Source of the DNA: Chiloscyllium plagiosum | Lineage: Eukaryota | Direction of reading: 5' to 3' | NCBI RefSeq assembly: GCF_004010195.1 | Contig: NC_057752.1 | Span: 3,335,006-3,399,005, forward strand | DNA: 64,000 bases | Shown: in pieces, positions 1 to 12,290 of the stretch | Position numbering within the stretch: the stretch's first letter is position 1 | Layout of the letters: the number at the start of each line of letters is the position of its first letter | The notes under the pieces: generated by a model | The model's database searches: none | What the model was told of the DNA's origin: nothing | What the model saw: the letters and a program-made list of their open reading frames with translations, nothing else | Program-made: the position numbers and the translations under genes

Positions 1-313
1 GGGGGAGTCCAGAACTAGAGGGCATAGGTTTAGGGTGAGAGGGGAAAGATATAAAAGGGACCTGAGGGGCAACTTTTTCACACAGAGAGTGGTGCGTGTA
101 TGGAATGAGCTGCCAGAGGAAGTGGTGGAGGCTGGTACAATTACAACATTGAAAAGGCATCTGGATGGGTTTATGAATAGGAAGGGTTTAGGGGGATAGG
201 GGCCAAGTGCTGGCAAATGGGACTAGATTAGGTTAGGTTAGGATATCTGTTTGGCATGGACGAGTTGGACCGAAGGATCTGTTTCCGTGCTGTACATCTC
301 GATGATTGTATGA
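1..313 (+). mobile_element. CR1-clade LINE (HER1-like), 3' end fragment
   Basis: Encodes the CR1 ORF2 C-terminus (ESRTRGHRFRVRGERYK..FFTQRVVRVWNELP) followed by the tail ggaccgaaggatctgtttccgtgctgtac seen in many copies in this window. Confidence 0.9.
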
Positions 314-1289
314 CGAGAGAAATGGGGGAATTTGTCTAACTAGGTTGCTGTTCCAAAGTGCTAGGACAGCCTTGTTGGGCTGAATAGTCTCCTTCAGAGC
401 TAGCTTATTCTCTGATTCTCTGAAATGCACAGAGCCAATTGAAAGGCAATCGCATCTTCAATGCTGAAAACTTAAGATGCCTTTCACATATTAAACATTT
501 TAATCCACGTCATGAATTGAAAAACGATATTACATTTAAAATTCGGCTAGTTAAGTATAACCAAGTAATGGCTGTTATTCTTCAATTATCTGAGGTCTGG
601 TGTTTAACATAACAGAGACAAATCTACATTGCCGATAAAGGGACCCTTCAGGGGAGCGATGTGCGCGGCTTAATTGCACAATTAGGAAGAAAATAAATAG
701 GCTTTTTTTAACAACGTATTAATAATTATTTTCTGAATCATGCTTTGTTTTATTTTCTCATAGCTATTAGTGATTCTGAATGGTGGTACATATCTCATTT
801 TCAGACAGAGTTTCAGGGCAGGTTGAGTTGACATAGATGAGGAATGTTGGGCTGCAGAGTTTTTGCGATGAGCGAAATGTATCTATTTTGAAGAGAAAAT
901 GGCTTGGGCGAAGATAATGTGAAGGATTGGAAGGAAACGATACCCAGGAGAGGAAAATAGAAAGAAAGGGGAATAAAGGGAATCGCTTGCCTTCAGGGAT
1001 AGGGAGATGGATACTGCAACAGAGAGATGGAGCAGCAGAGAGAACTGGAAAAAGACCAGAAGATGGGAGGGTATTGAAACAGTGAGGGGATGTGAAAGAG
1101 GGAGGTAGAGCAAAACAAAAGTTGTGTCTACATCGAGCTTTCCATTACCATGAAAATCACGGAGCGGGGGGAGGGGGGGATTCCATGGACAGGACATCTG
1201 TAGATCAGTCACCCATTCAACAGAGGCTTCCTGTCCAGCCAATCTGAAGGCTCCGCCTCGCGGCCATTTACAGTGTTTGCTGGCAGGTG

Positions 1290-1305
1290 CCTGTAGGTGG
1301 CAGTG
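1290..1305 (+). promoter_or_regulatory. CTCF-like core motif
   Basis: cctgtaggtggcagtg fits the CCWSYAGRKGGCRS core. Motif match only. Confidence 0.3.
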
Positions 1306-1494
1306 GTAGCCTTCTACTGGCAGTCCAGGGTCTTGAGGGAAAGTGGGCACAAGGAGGCATCCTGAGGGGCTCCCCACCTGGCAGAGAACTTCAAATAATT
1401 CCAGCCCTTCTGCCTTTCATTCTCCCACCCTCCCTCAGTGGGTTTCCAGCCCTGTGAGAGCTGGCCAGCAGATGCACAAGGAACAAAGGGAGGC

Positions 1495-2380
1495 CGCTCG
1501 GCCTGTTGTACCATTCTATAAGATCACGGCTGATCTGATTTTAACCTCATCTCTACATTCCTGCCTATCCCCTGATAATCTTTCATCCCCCTTGGTCATC
1601 AAGAATCTATCTCCCTCTGCCTTAAACACATTGAAAGATTCTGCATCCACTGCCTTTTGAGGAAGGGAATTCCAAAGACCAAAAGACCGTAAAACAAAGA
1701 AGCAGAAATTAGGCCACTTGGCCCATTGAGTCTGCTCTGCCATTCGATCATGGCTGGTAGGTTTTTCAACCCCATTTTCCTGCTTTTCTCCCTATAACCT
1801 TTGACCCTCTTGGCAATCAAGATCCTATCTACCTCTGTTTTAAATATACCCAATGACTGGGCCTCCACAGCCTTCTGTGGCATTGAATTCCACAGATTCC
1901 CCACTCTCTGGCTGAAGAAGTTCCTCCTTATCTCCGTTCTAAAAGATCTTCCCTTTACACTAGGGTTGTGCCCTCGGGTCCAAGTCTCTCCTGCTAACAG
2001 AAACATCTTCCCAGCATCCACTCTGTCCAGGCCGTCCAGTATTCTGTATGTTTCAATCAAATTCCCCCCTCATCCTTCTAAACACCATCAAGTATAGTCC
2101 CAGAGTCCTCAAACATTCCTCATATGTTAATTTTTTCATTCCCGGGGCCATTCTCGTGAATCTCTTCTGAACCCGCTCCAGGGCCAACACATCTTTCCCA
2201 TAATTGCTCACAGCCCTCTCAGACGCACGGCCCTCAGAGAGAAAACAAATATTTCCTAATCTCTGTCTTAAATGATGACCCCCCCTGGTTTTAGAGTGTG
2301 CCACAAGAGGAAACATCCTTTCCACATCCAGCCGGTCAGGTTCCCCCTCAAGATTTTATATGTTTCAATTAAGTCATCTC
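1495..2380 (-). mobile_element. Cluster of 2-3 nested or adjacent CR1 LINE 3' fragments (second subfamily)
   Basis: ORFs 1599-2060 (IETYRILDGLDRVD..TRGH..RRNFFSQRVGNLWNSMPQKAVEA), 1516-1743 and 2053-2325 (LERVQKRFTRM) are CR1 ORF2 C-termini. Confidence 0.88.
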
Positions 2381-2873
2381 GGATTCTTCGAAACGCCAGA
2401 GGACACGGGCGTAGCAAATGGCCCCCACGAAGTTACAGCTGATGACTGTAAGAGTTGGACTTTGGCACCCAGATTTCAGTCCAATATCGAGACACGCGGT
2501 TCAAAAACTCTCAAACGATATTCACGATTGAAGACAAAATTAAAAGAATTAAGCGACACAGGCTTGATTTTAAACAGAGGCAAGGATTGGGGTCAGGGTT
2601 GGGGGGGAAGGCCAAAGTGGACAGTGATTCCTCAACATCACCGCTGATATCATCAATATGCAACTTGGCCATTTAGAATTCGACCTCTCCTTTTTTTGGA
2701 ATCTGGTCTTCCCGATTTTAAGGAAGTTTAGGGTACAGACAGACCGGGAATCGCAACTGCCCACAAGCCCTCCTGTCTTAACCCCCAGCACCCACCCTGT
2801 TGTTACTCAAGTCTTGCTTGAGCTGGACAAATGGATCTGACAGAACAGTCCTCCTCAGCAGGAGGGTGCAGGG

Positions 2874-3185
2874 CAGGTACACAATCCTTTACCGAAATTC
2901 CAAAATCCGAAATTCTTTTCGTGGAGTGTGGAGCGTTATTCTGGCGTGCCAACAGGTGACCCAACTCCACACCCACTTGAACTATGTCACTCAGATGTGT
3001 CATGGTGGCGTGGCCCAGCACTGGCAGGCGTCAACTGAGTCTCAGCACTCGTACTATTCACACATGCGTCTGTTGTGAGGTAAGTTTTTTTTTATTTCAC
3101 TGTGAAAATGTCATTTATTCCGAAATTCAAAAAATTCCAAATTCCGAAAAACAATTGGCCCCAAGGACAAAGGATTGTGTACCTG
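2874..3185. mobile_element. Non-autonomous DNA transposon (MITE), probably Tc1-mariner/pogo-Tigger type
   Basis: Perfect 17-bp TIRs caggtacacaatccttt (2874-2890) and aaaggattgtgtacctg (3169-3185). CAG terminus, TA immediately 3' of the right end, and internal ccgaaatt repeats near both ends. Confidence 0.75.
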
Positions 3186-3534
3186 TATTGTGGAAACTAA
3201 TACCAGGGGGCAGATGGTGCACTCTCCAACAGTGGGCAAACATAATGACAGTAGCCAAAAAAAGGGCTCTCTTCCCATAACTCTCTGAGGCTAAATGGCA
3301 ATCAGGAAGGCTGCACATTAATATTCCAATAATCCTGCCTCACCTTTAAGCACATGAATCTATATTCATAACTGTTCACTGTTTACACATTCATATAATT
3401 ATAGCCATGCAAATGAGAGATGCGTCAGGAATTGCAGGAAGCCTTCAGCTTTCAATGTTAACTCACTGTCGGCTACATCCAGACAGGCAAAGCTGTATCC
3501 AGATAAAACCCAAAAGGAACTGCGGATTGCCGGA

Positions 3535-3680
3535 AATCAGAAAGGAAAACGGAAGGCGCTGGAAAAGCTCCCCAGGTCTGTGAAGAGAAATGAGAGTTAA
3601 TGTTCCGCTTCCGGGAACCCTGAACTCTACTTTCTCTTCACAGATGTTGCCAGATCTTTCCCAGCACCTTCTGCCCAGCT
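3535..3680. repeat. Degenerate palindromic Penelope-derived short repeat
   Basis: ctggaaaagctcc..aggtctg..gaagagaa paired with ttctcttcacagatgttgccagatc. Same family as 32902-33049. Confidence 0.55.
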
Positions 3681-3814
3681 TTACTTTGGAGAACCGGGCA
3701 GTGAGGTGGGCACAAACACCTCCAGCGGGCCTCCTGACTGAAAACCTCTTTTGCCAGTGACTCAAAGGCACTGTGGAGATATGGTCGGTCTCGACATTTC
3801 ATTCACCCGACTAA

Positions 3815-4490
3815 CAAAGAGACCTTGGAGTGCAGGCTCACAGTTCCTTGAAAGTAGACTCTCAGGCAAATAGAATAGTGAAGAAGGCATTTGGTATGCT
3901 TTCCTTTATTGGTCAGTGCACTGAGTATAGGAGTTGGGAGGTTGTACAGGACGTTGGTTAGGCCACTTTTGGAATACTGTGTTCAATTCTGGTCTCTCTC
4001 CTATTGGAAAGATGTTGTGAAACTTGAAAGGGTTCAGAAAAGATTTACAAGGATGTTCGAGGGTTTGAGCTATAGGGAGAGGCTGAATAGGCAGGAGGTG
4101 TTTTCCCTGGAGCGTCGGAGGCTGAGGGGGTCCTTACAGAGATTTATAAAATCATGAGGGACAAGAATAAACAAGGTCTTTTCCCCGGGGTGGGGGAGTC
4201 CAGAACTAGAGGGCATGGGTTTAGGGTGAGAGGGGAAAGATTTAAAAGAGTCCTAAGGGGTAACGTTTTCACGCAGAGGCTGGTATGTGTATGGAATGAG
4301 CTGCCAGAGGAAGTGGTGGAGGCTGGTACAATGACAACATTTAAAAGGCATCTGGATGGGTATATGGATATGAAGGCTTTAGAGGCATATGGGCCAAGAG
4401 TTGGCAAATGGGACTAGATTAGGTTGGGATATCTAGTCAGCATGGACGGGTTGGCCTTAAGGGTCTGTTTCCATGCTGTATAGCTCCATG
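3815..4490 (+). mobile_element. HER1/CR1 LINE 3' fragment
   Basis: LYRTLVRPLLEYCVQFWS..LERVQKRFTRM and TRGHGFRVRGERFK..WNELPEEVVEAGT, frameshifted, with the family tail. Confidence 0.92.
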
Positions 4491-4809
4491 TCTGCCCCAC
4501 CAGGGGAAGAGAGAGGATCTTTCCTCAGACTGGATTGCCCCTTCCTTTTGCCTCCCTCGGTGAAATCCTGCCCATTTGGAAGGGTATTGGAGAATTTGAT
4601 GTTCACTCTGGAGGCATGCTTGAAGGCGCAAAGGATATTGAGTCACCAGGATGGTGGCATATCTGAATTAATTCGGGGAATCTAGAGCTAAGGACAGACT
4701 TTCTGCAAACCCTGCCCCATCCTGCCCAAACTGTAGGCCTTGAAGTGAGCAACAATTGACCACATGGGCCTCATTTGCACTGGCACTGAAATTGAATTAG
4801 AAGCATTCA

Positions 4810-4970
4810 AATCCCTACAGTGTAGAAACAGGCCCTTCAGCCCAACAAGTCCAGACCAACCCTCTGAAGAGTAACCCACCCAGACCCATTCCCCTACCCT
4901 TTTTTTAAACCCCTGACTAATGCACCTAACCTACACATCCCTGAACATTTAGTATGGCCAATTCATCTAA
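4810..4970 (-). mobile_element. HE1-type SINE, 3' part
   Basis: aatccctacagtgtagaaacaggcccttcagcccaacaagtcc..gactaatgcacctaac, as in the full copies at 22098 and 24663. Confidence 0.85.
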
Positions 4971-5204
4971 TGAACCAGCAATGTGGTGTGCGTGACCAGT
5001 GTAACTCTCACAAGACCTTGCTCAGGAAAGAACTTTGACCTTATAGCATGAGAGGAAGGCGGCCGTCGTTGTGTCCCGTTTTCAAACCGAACGGTTAAGG
5101 CTGTCACGCGATGGCATCTGACAGCCATCGAATGAGCTGCAAGATGATACATGGCCAAGGTCAAATGGATCTTCCTGTGGGCTCAGCACATGGGAGCAAA
5201 CATG

Positions 5205-5520
5205 GCTGGCCCAGCATGTGCTGCCCATCCCTTACTGTCCTTAAACTGAGTGTATTGCTGGGGCCATTCCAGAGGGCGGGTTGAGTCAGTCAGATTGCTG
5301 TAGTCACCTGGAGGCCAGACCAGGTAAAGACGGCAGATTTCCCTTGCTGAAGGCCATTACTGAACCAGATACGGTTTCCCAACAGTGGTCACCTTCAGAC
5401 TCGTCTTCAACTCCAGACTTTTGTTGTTGATTTGAAATTTCATGTCATCGTGGGATTCAAAGCCATGAGCTCAGAGCATTTAGTCTGGGACACTGGATTA
5501 CCAATCCACTCAGATAACAT
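5205..5520 (-). mobile_element. Second, older tRNA-derived SINE family (degenerate)
   Basis: Reverse match to the copies at 52180-53465 and 63440-63725 (ggccagaccaggtaaagacggcagatttccc..ctgaaccagat..ctggattacc). Confidence 0.6.
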
Positions 5521-5599
5521 CGTCCTGTTATCGTAGAATCCCTGCAGTGTGAAAGCAGGCCATTCGGCCCATCGGGTCCACAATGACCCCTCTGAAGAG

Positions 5600-5900
5600 G
5601 AAACTGGAGCAAACAGAGTGGCCAGGAGAGAGGCTGGAGAGAAGCGAGGGCTGCTGGGAAGGGTAGGTTTTCCCAATTAAAAAAGGACTTACCTCAGGAG
5701 TTGGGCTTCCATTTTTTTTACAGAGTGGTGAGGAGAGAGGGCAGAGAGAAAAGAGGGCTGCTGGGAAGGGTAAGTGATTGTTCTTTTAAGTGGGTGAGGG
5801 GACACCATAGGGTCTCCCTCCCTCCCACCCACCCCCTCTAACCTTACGAAGAGTCTGTAAACTTGGTTAAGTTCTTCAGGTTTTCTTTCTTTCCTCCCTT
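5600..5900 (+). repeat. Possible CR1-type 5'-UTR fragment with an internal 20-bp direct repeat
   Basis: gagggctgctgggaagggta occurs at 5646-5665 and 5753-5772, followed by ggtctccctccctcccacccaccccctctaacc. The family assignment is from recollection only. Confidence 0.3.
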
Positions 5901-6794
5901 CCCTGTTTAGTCCTGTGTGGGCTTACACATTAGCTCATGGGTGGGGCTCCCGTGTACAAATATCGTCCGTGAGACACTCCCCACCACAGGCTGGGGGAGA
6001 GTGGTCCGCTCCCAGCGCTGAAACGCCAAGCGAGGCCCCAGGTGGGACAGAGGGGGAATACCCTCAAGGTCTGGCTGGGTGAGGTGAAGCAACCCCTGGG
6101 CATATCACTGGCCCAAAAGGGGGAAGGGGCATCCGGGAAAGGCGTCAAGCTCCTCGAGGCTTGTCGTTGGGAAAAAGGTGGAAGCCAGGGCGAAAGGTGT
6201 GCGTTGCCACGCCAACGGCCCACCCACCCCCTTCTCGCGACCAGCACCTGCCTCAAGTGTAACCTCATCACGGAGGAGAGAGACGTTCTGGTCTGTGAGG
6301 GACCGTCGCTGATTGGATGATAATGTGCAGTGGGGCCTACCACCACACTTCCAGAGAAAAAAAACAACTAAATCTTGGCCGTAACCTCCATCCTGTCTCA
6401 CTGCCGATGATTGATGAAGAGCCAACCAAACTCCCTTTGGTGTGAGACTCTGCTGATTTCAAGAAACGTTCCGAAAGTCTCACCGAACTTGGCTGCGATT
6501 ACATTTGCGCGACCAAACTCAACCTCGGGTCGAGCCCCGACAATATCGACTCCGACGAGAATTATTTCCTTTGCTTAATTAGCTTTTTTTTTATTATGCC
6601 TCGCTTCCCCCACAGGAACATTAAACACAAGTTACAACTCGGTGACCACTGGCTTTGCAATTTTAAAGCAAATTAAAACTGAAGGGTCTTCAGAAACAAT
6701 GGCAGCAGCGAAAACTCTGTCCAAGGGATTAAGTTGAGATGTTGAGGAGTTCAGTCAGGGTTAGCTCTTTTGGTGCTGACAGAAATGTCGAGAT

Positions 6795-6950
6795 ACAGTG
6801 GACATGTTGTTTGGCTCATAACCCAGGCCTGGACTAATGATCTCTCAGGCAGGAGTTCAAATCCCGCAACAGCCGCTGGATAATTTAGACACAATTAATA
6901 AATAAATCTGGATTTTTAAACAGCTAATCTCAGTAATGGTGACCGTCAAA
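6795..6950 (+). mobile_element. Second tRNA-derived SINE family, 5' part
   Basis: B-box-like ggagttcaaatccc followed by aataaatctgga..cagtaatggtgacc, as in the 52180 and 63440 copies. Confidence 0.55.
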
Positions 6951-6999
6951 CTCCCAGTCTGTCTTCGATATCTGTCTGCTTCAGTAATGGGAGCAAATC

Positions 7000-7395
7000 A
7001 GTTGCTCACACCGCCAGGGACCCAGGTTCAATTCCAGCCTTGGGTGACTGTGCAACTCTACGCTGACTTTCTCCCCATGTCTGGGTGGGTTTCCTCCCAC
7101 AGTCCAAAGATGTGCAGGTTAGAATGGATTGACCATGCTAAATTGTCCATAGTGTTCAGGAATGTGCAGGTTAGAGTGGATTGGCCATGCTAAATTGCCC
7201 CATAGTGCCCAGGGATGTGCAGGTTAGGGTGGATTGGCCATGCTAAATTGTCCCATAGTGTCCAGGGATGTGCAGGTTAGGTGCATTAAGTCAGGGGTAA
7301 ATATAGGGTAGGGGGCATGGGTCTGTGTGGGCTACTCTGCGGAGGGTCGGTGTGGGGCCGAAGCGCCTGTTTCCACACTGTAGAGGATTCTGTGA
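7000..7395 (+). mobile_element. HE1-type SINE with ~3 internal 52-53-bp tandem units
   Basis: B box ggttcaattcc. atgtgcaggttag..gattggccatgctaaattg repeats at about 7110, 7162, 7215 and 7268. HER1-like tail. Confidence 0.88.
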
Positions 7396-7514
7396 TACAT
7401 GTGACTCCAAACCTACAGCAAAGTGGTCCACTTCTAATCGCATTCTGAAAAAGCATAATCAATAGCCAAGAGCAGGCAATTCCAGCTGCCTTCTCAGCAC
7501 GGAAAGGAAAGGCT

Positions 7515-7820
7515 AGCATTTACATAGCGCCTTTCATGGCCCCACATTCGCAGCCAATGAGGTCCATTGGGGTGTAGTCACTGTGGTGATATAAGACACA
7601 TGGCACACAGCACGCTCCTATCAACAATGTGGTAATGAGGAAATCATCTGCTTTTCGATGCTACTTGAGGAATAGATATTGGCCCAGGCCCATGGCTTGC
7701 CTCCCTCTCACAATTGTGGGATCTCGTATGTCAAATTGGAGAGGCAGACAGGCCTCAGTTTAATAGCTCCTCCGAAAGACAGCACCTCCAGCAATGCAGC
7801 ATTCCTTCAGTACCACAACA
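7515..7820 (-). mobile_element. Ancient Deu-domain-like SINE remnant
   Basis: gcatttacatagcgcctttc..cagccaatga..gtgtagtcactg..gagaggcagacaggcctcagtttaa..tccgaaagacagcacctcc. Similar degenerate blocks occur at ~10597, ~14640, ~28885, ~42255, ~57950 and ~58580. The family name is from recollection. Confidence 0.45.
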
Positions 7821-7934
7821 GATCTGCATTTGATGGAAGGAAGCCACATGGATCCTGTTTAAACGCACATCTCCTCCTATTCCCAACGCGACCCTCACGC
7901 TATCAGAGCTCTGGAACAGGATCCATCGAGTGGT

Positions 7935-9045
7935 CACAGAGTCATGCAGCACAGAAACAGACTCTTCAGTCCAACCATCCATGCTGACCATAATACCAAA
8001 CTAAACTAGTCCCACCTTCCTGCTCCTGGCCCATGTCCCTCCAAACCCTTTCCTGTTCATGTCCTCATCCAAATGTCTTTTAAACATTGTAACTGTACCC
8101 ACATCCACCACTTAGAGTCATAGAGATGTACAGCACAGAAACAGACCCTTCGGTCCAACCCATCCATGCCGACCAGATATCCCACCCCTTAGGTCTCTTT
8201 TATATCTTTCCCCTCTCACCCTAAACCTATGCCCTCTAGTTCTGGACTCCCCCACCCCAGGGAAAAGACTTTGCCTATTTACCCTATCCATGCCCCTCAT
8301 AATTTTGTAAACCTCTATAAGGTCACCCCCCAGCCTCCTCTGAAAGTTCATTCCACACACGAACCATCCTCTGTGTAAAGAATTTGGCCCCATGTCTTTT
8401 TTAAACCTCCCTCCTCTCACCTTAAAAATGTGCCCCCCTAGTCTTTCAATCCCCTATCCTAGAGAAAAGACAGCTACCATTAACTCTATCTATACCCCTC
8501 ATGATTTTATAAACCTCTATAAGGTCACCTCTCAACCTCCTACGTTCCAGTGAAAGAAGTCCCAGCCTATCCAGCCTTTCTTTATAACTCAAACCTTCCA
8601 TACCTGGCAACCTCCTGGTAAATCTCTTCTGATCCCTCTCCAGCTTAATAATATCCTTCCTATAACAGGGTGACCATAACTGGACACAGTACCCCAGAAG
8701 AGGCCTCACCAATGTCCTGTACAACCTCAACATGACTCATCAACTCTAATACTCAAAGGTCTGAGCAATGAAGGCAAGAGTGCTAAACACTTCCTTTACC
8801 AACCTGTCTATACGTGACACAAATGTCAAAGAATTATGTACCTGCACCCCTCGGTCCCTCTGTTCTACAACACTACCCAAGGCCCTACCATCAATTGTAT
8901 AAGCCTTGCCCTTGTTTGTTGAACCAAACTGCAATACCTTGCATTTCTCCAGATTGAACTCCATCTGCAATTTCTCAGCCCATCGACCCATTTGATCAAG
9001 TTGCCTTTGTCATCTTAGAAAACGTTCAGCACTGTCTACTACACC
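7935..9045 (-). mobile_element. CR1 LINE fragment with a second HER1 fragment (about 8113-8335) nested inside
   Basis: ORFs 8746-8991 (WAEKLQMEFNLEKCKVLQFG) and 8446-8733 (LYRTLVRPLLGYCVQLWSP). A second tail, agagtcatagagatgtacagcacag, interrupts at ~8113. Confidence 0.9.
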
Positions 9046-9503
9046 ACTGTGGTTTGTTGTGGGAATTTGCAAAACGATGAAACTTCGCAAAATCTCCGAG
9101 CATCTGTGATTGGGCAGGTCGACACCATAGTGGAATCAAAACACCAGTGACTAATCACAAAAAGTGACATTACCATAAAAATCTAAACACCAGAATCTGC
9201 AAAGAGGGTTTTTTTTAAAAGCATATGTGCTGAAGTGGAAGTCAAGAAATGTGCTCTCAAATTAACGTGCATTTTGTCATTAAAAATTGCGGGACTGGTA
9301 AACACTAACCAGCAATAACCCTGTGGTGCTCTGAGCTGTGACTCCGAATAATGGGAGATCATGATGAGTAATTCAAAAGAGGCTGGAAGGCTTTTTGTAA
9401 AGCAATTTCAGACAACTGAAAAACCTAATCTGCAAAATGTCCCTTCCATGATATATTTGGTGCTTGCAATGAGACCTCCAGGTCAGGCACCTGAACACGA
9501 GGA

Positions 9504-9517
9504 GTTACCATGGCAAC
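9504..9517. promoter_or_regulatory. RFX X-box motif
   Basis: gttaccatggcaac, one base from the palindromic X-box GTTGCCATGGCAAC, in non-repetitive sequence. Confidence 0.4.
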
Positions 9518-9831
9518 AAATGCCTAAAGCCGCTGAAACATGCTTATTTTAATGAGACCAATATGAGTGGCATTCAGAGAAAACAGCCCAAGTAACCCCC
9601 TCCTACTCATTCAAGGAGGCACCATGAATATGGAAGTCTTAACGCAAGGTCTAATTAAACTGTAAACAGCTTTAGATTGAAATTAGGTCACTGTATGACC
9701 ACTGAAAGGAATCTTACATCTGGGATATCGACTGGTCACAGATGGCATCAAGTATACTGACAGACAATGCACACTCCCTCTCCTGAGACAACAGGGTGTG
9801 GACAAGATAACAACAGAGACAGAAAGATGCC

Positions 9832-10485
9832 ATGTCATAGAAAGGTATGGCACGGAAACAGACCCTTCGGCCCAACTCGTCCATGCTGGCCAGATATTCT
9901 AAATTAATCTAGTCCCATTTGCCAGCATTTAGCCCATATCCCTCAAAACCGTCACTATTCAATATACCCATCCACGTGCCTCATTCCTGATGAAGGGCTT
10001 ATGCCCGAAATGTCAACTCTCCTGTTCCTCGGATGCTGCCTGACTTGCTGTGCTTTTCCAGCAACACACTCTTCGACTCTGATAATTTTTCAATGTTGTC
10101 ATTGTATCAGACTCCACCACTTCCTCTGGCAGCTCATTCCATACACACACCACTCTCTGTGTGAAAAAGCTGCCCCTCAGGTCCCTTTTAAATCTTTCCC
10201 CTCTCACCCTAAACCTATGCCCTCCAGTTCTGGACTCCCCCCACCCCATGGAAAAGACCTTGTCTGTTTATCCTATTTATGCCCCTCATGATTTTATAAA
10301 CCTCTATAAGGTCACCCCTCAGCCTCCAACGCTCCAGGGAAAACAGCCCCAGCCTGTTCAGCCTCTCCCTATAGTTCAAACCCTCCAACCTTGGCAACAG
10401 CCTTATAAATCTTTTCTGAACCCTTTCAAGTTTCACAACATCCTTCATATAGCAGCGAGACCAGAATTGAACGCAGTATTCCGTT
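9832..10485 (-). mobile_element. HER1/CR1 LINE 3' fragment, interrupted by a Penelope-derived repeat
   Basis: ORFs 10215-10493 (EYCVQFWSRCYMKDVVKLERVQKRF) and 10013-10249. Tail at ~9835. Confidence 0.9.
9982..10083 (+). mobile_element. Short Penelope-derived repeat with a hammerhead-like core
   Basis: ctgatga-agggcttatgccc-gaaa-tgtc at 9987-10014, followed by ctcctg..ggatgctgcctgac..ttttccagc, which resembles the 3' end of the GIY-YIG element at 52380-53333. Confidence 0.75.
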
Positions 10486-10977
10486 GTAAGCAATTATGAG
10501 TTCTCCCTGAGTGATTTGTTAAAAAAAAGTAAGACAAACATCCTTCCCAACATTCTTCCTGTAGCAGGGAAACTAAAGAGGGATAAAAAGAAGGGCTTGC
10601 ATTTATATAGTGCCTTTTATGATACCAGGATGTCCCAAAACACTTCATCGCTGATGAAGTACTCTTCTGAAGTGTGGTCAGCAGCCACACTGCGAGCTCC
10701 CACGAATGTGTTAAATGACCAGATAATCTGTTTGAGTGATGCTGCCTGAGGGATAAATATCAGCCAGGACCCCAGGGCAAATTCCCTTGCTCCGAAATCA
10801 TGCCTCAGGTTCCTTCAGGCTCAGTTGAAAGACCAGCCAAAACCTGACGCATAAGCTGGCTCCTCCCAGCAGTGTGCCACCTCCCACAATCCAGAATCGA
10901 AATAAAATCAGGGAATGAAACTTTTCCAGTTGCAGAAGCAATGTGAAAACCAGTGACAACAGCATTTCGTACTGAGA

Positions 10978-11155
10978 TAGAATCCCTACAGTGTGGAATC
11001 ACCTGACCTGCACATCTCTGGACTGTGGGAGGAAACCGGAGCACCCGGAGGAAACCCACGCAGACACGGGGAGAATGTGCAAACTCCACACAGACAGTCA
11101 CCCGAGGCTGGAATCAAACCGGGGCCCCTGGCACTGTGAGGCAGCGGTGCCACCC
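10978..11155 (-). mobile_element. HE1-type SINE (internally deleted)
   Basis: cctgcacatctctggactgtgggaggaaaccggagcacccgg..ctggaatcaaacc (B box on the minus strand). Confidence 0.85.
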
Positions 11156-11164
11156 CTCAAGTTG

Positions 11165-11548
11165 TGAGGTTAGAGTCAGTTTGTATCCCAACCTTGAGTC
11201 AGACTGGTTCTATTTCCAAAGTTTAATGCATTAATGTATTGTTTGAGCTGAGATGTCACCTTTTATTTATAAAACCTTAAGTTATCTTGAGAATGTGACT
11301 CGAAAGAAGTTCTGGGATTTACATATTAATGAACTGAAACCTGCAACCCATTCTAAACGATGAAAGACTTACAGCAATCGAGGTTTGTTCAATATATCAT
11401 TTCAGTTACATGACACCATAACCTTTTGCTATAAGTTCTGTGTCTTATATTCCTGCTCCACAACCACCTGATGAAGGAGCAGTGCTCCGAAAGCTAGTGC
11501 TTCCAAATAAACCTGTTGGACTATAACCTGGTGTTGTGTGATTTTTAA
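11165..11548 (+). mobile_element. Penelope-like 3'/LTR-type repeat with a hammerhead-like core
   Basis: ctgatgaaggagcagtgctccgaaagc at 11468-11494, then aataaacctgttggactataacctggtgttgtgtgattttt. Confidence 0.65.
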
Positions 11549-12290
11549 TCTTGAAAGGAGGCAGCATGGGTCTCTTGCTGCCAGCACTTCCAAAAGATTC
11601 CACCCTGGAAGAGAAGAGGGACGCCCAGTTGGCATACCTCAAGTTAAACAAAATAAGCAGTTAACCCCCAAGAGCGGACGCCCGAGTTAAACACCGAAGA
11701 GATCCAGGCTCCTGCACCAGAAATAGCACGAGGAAAGGTTAAACCAGAGAAGGACATTGAACCAAACTGTGTGAACGGAACAGGGCGGACACGGTGAAAA
11801 TTAACCGAAGGAGGCTTTCGAACTGACCTGAGGTGGTGGTATCTCCTAGAGTCATAGAGAGTCCTAGAGCTGTACAGCACTGAAACAGACCCTACGATCC
11901 AACCCGTCCACGCCGACCAGATATCCCAACCCAATCTAGTCCCACCTGCCAGCACCCGGCCCATATCCCTCCAAACCCTTCCTATTCAAATACCCATCCA
12001 AATGCCTTTTAAATATTGCAATTGTACCAGCCTCCACCACTTCCTCTGGCAGCTCATTCCATACACGCACCACCCTCTGTGTGAAAATGTTGCTCCTTAG
12101 GTCTCTTTTAAGTCTTTCCCCTCTCACCCTAATCCTATGCCCCTCCAATTCTGGACTCCCTGACCCCAGGGAAAAGACTTTGCCTATTTACCCCATCCAC
12201 GCCCCTCATGATTTTATAAACCTCTATAAGGTCACCCCTCAGCCTCCGATGCTCCAGGGAAAACAGCCCCATCCTGTTCAGCCTCTCCCT
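11266..12290 (+). repeat. ~1.0-kb local direct duplication, copy 1
   Basis: Matches 14872-15896 at a constant offset of 3606 with about six substitutions by eye. The ORF track is duplicated at the same offset. Confidence 0.95.

Noticed and set aside
883..1377. 164-aa minus-strand ORF with a hydrophobic C-terminus
   Set aside because: Produced by a low-complexity GA-rich tract. No domain or splice evidence.
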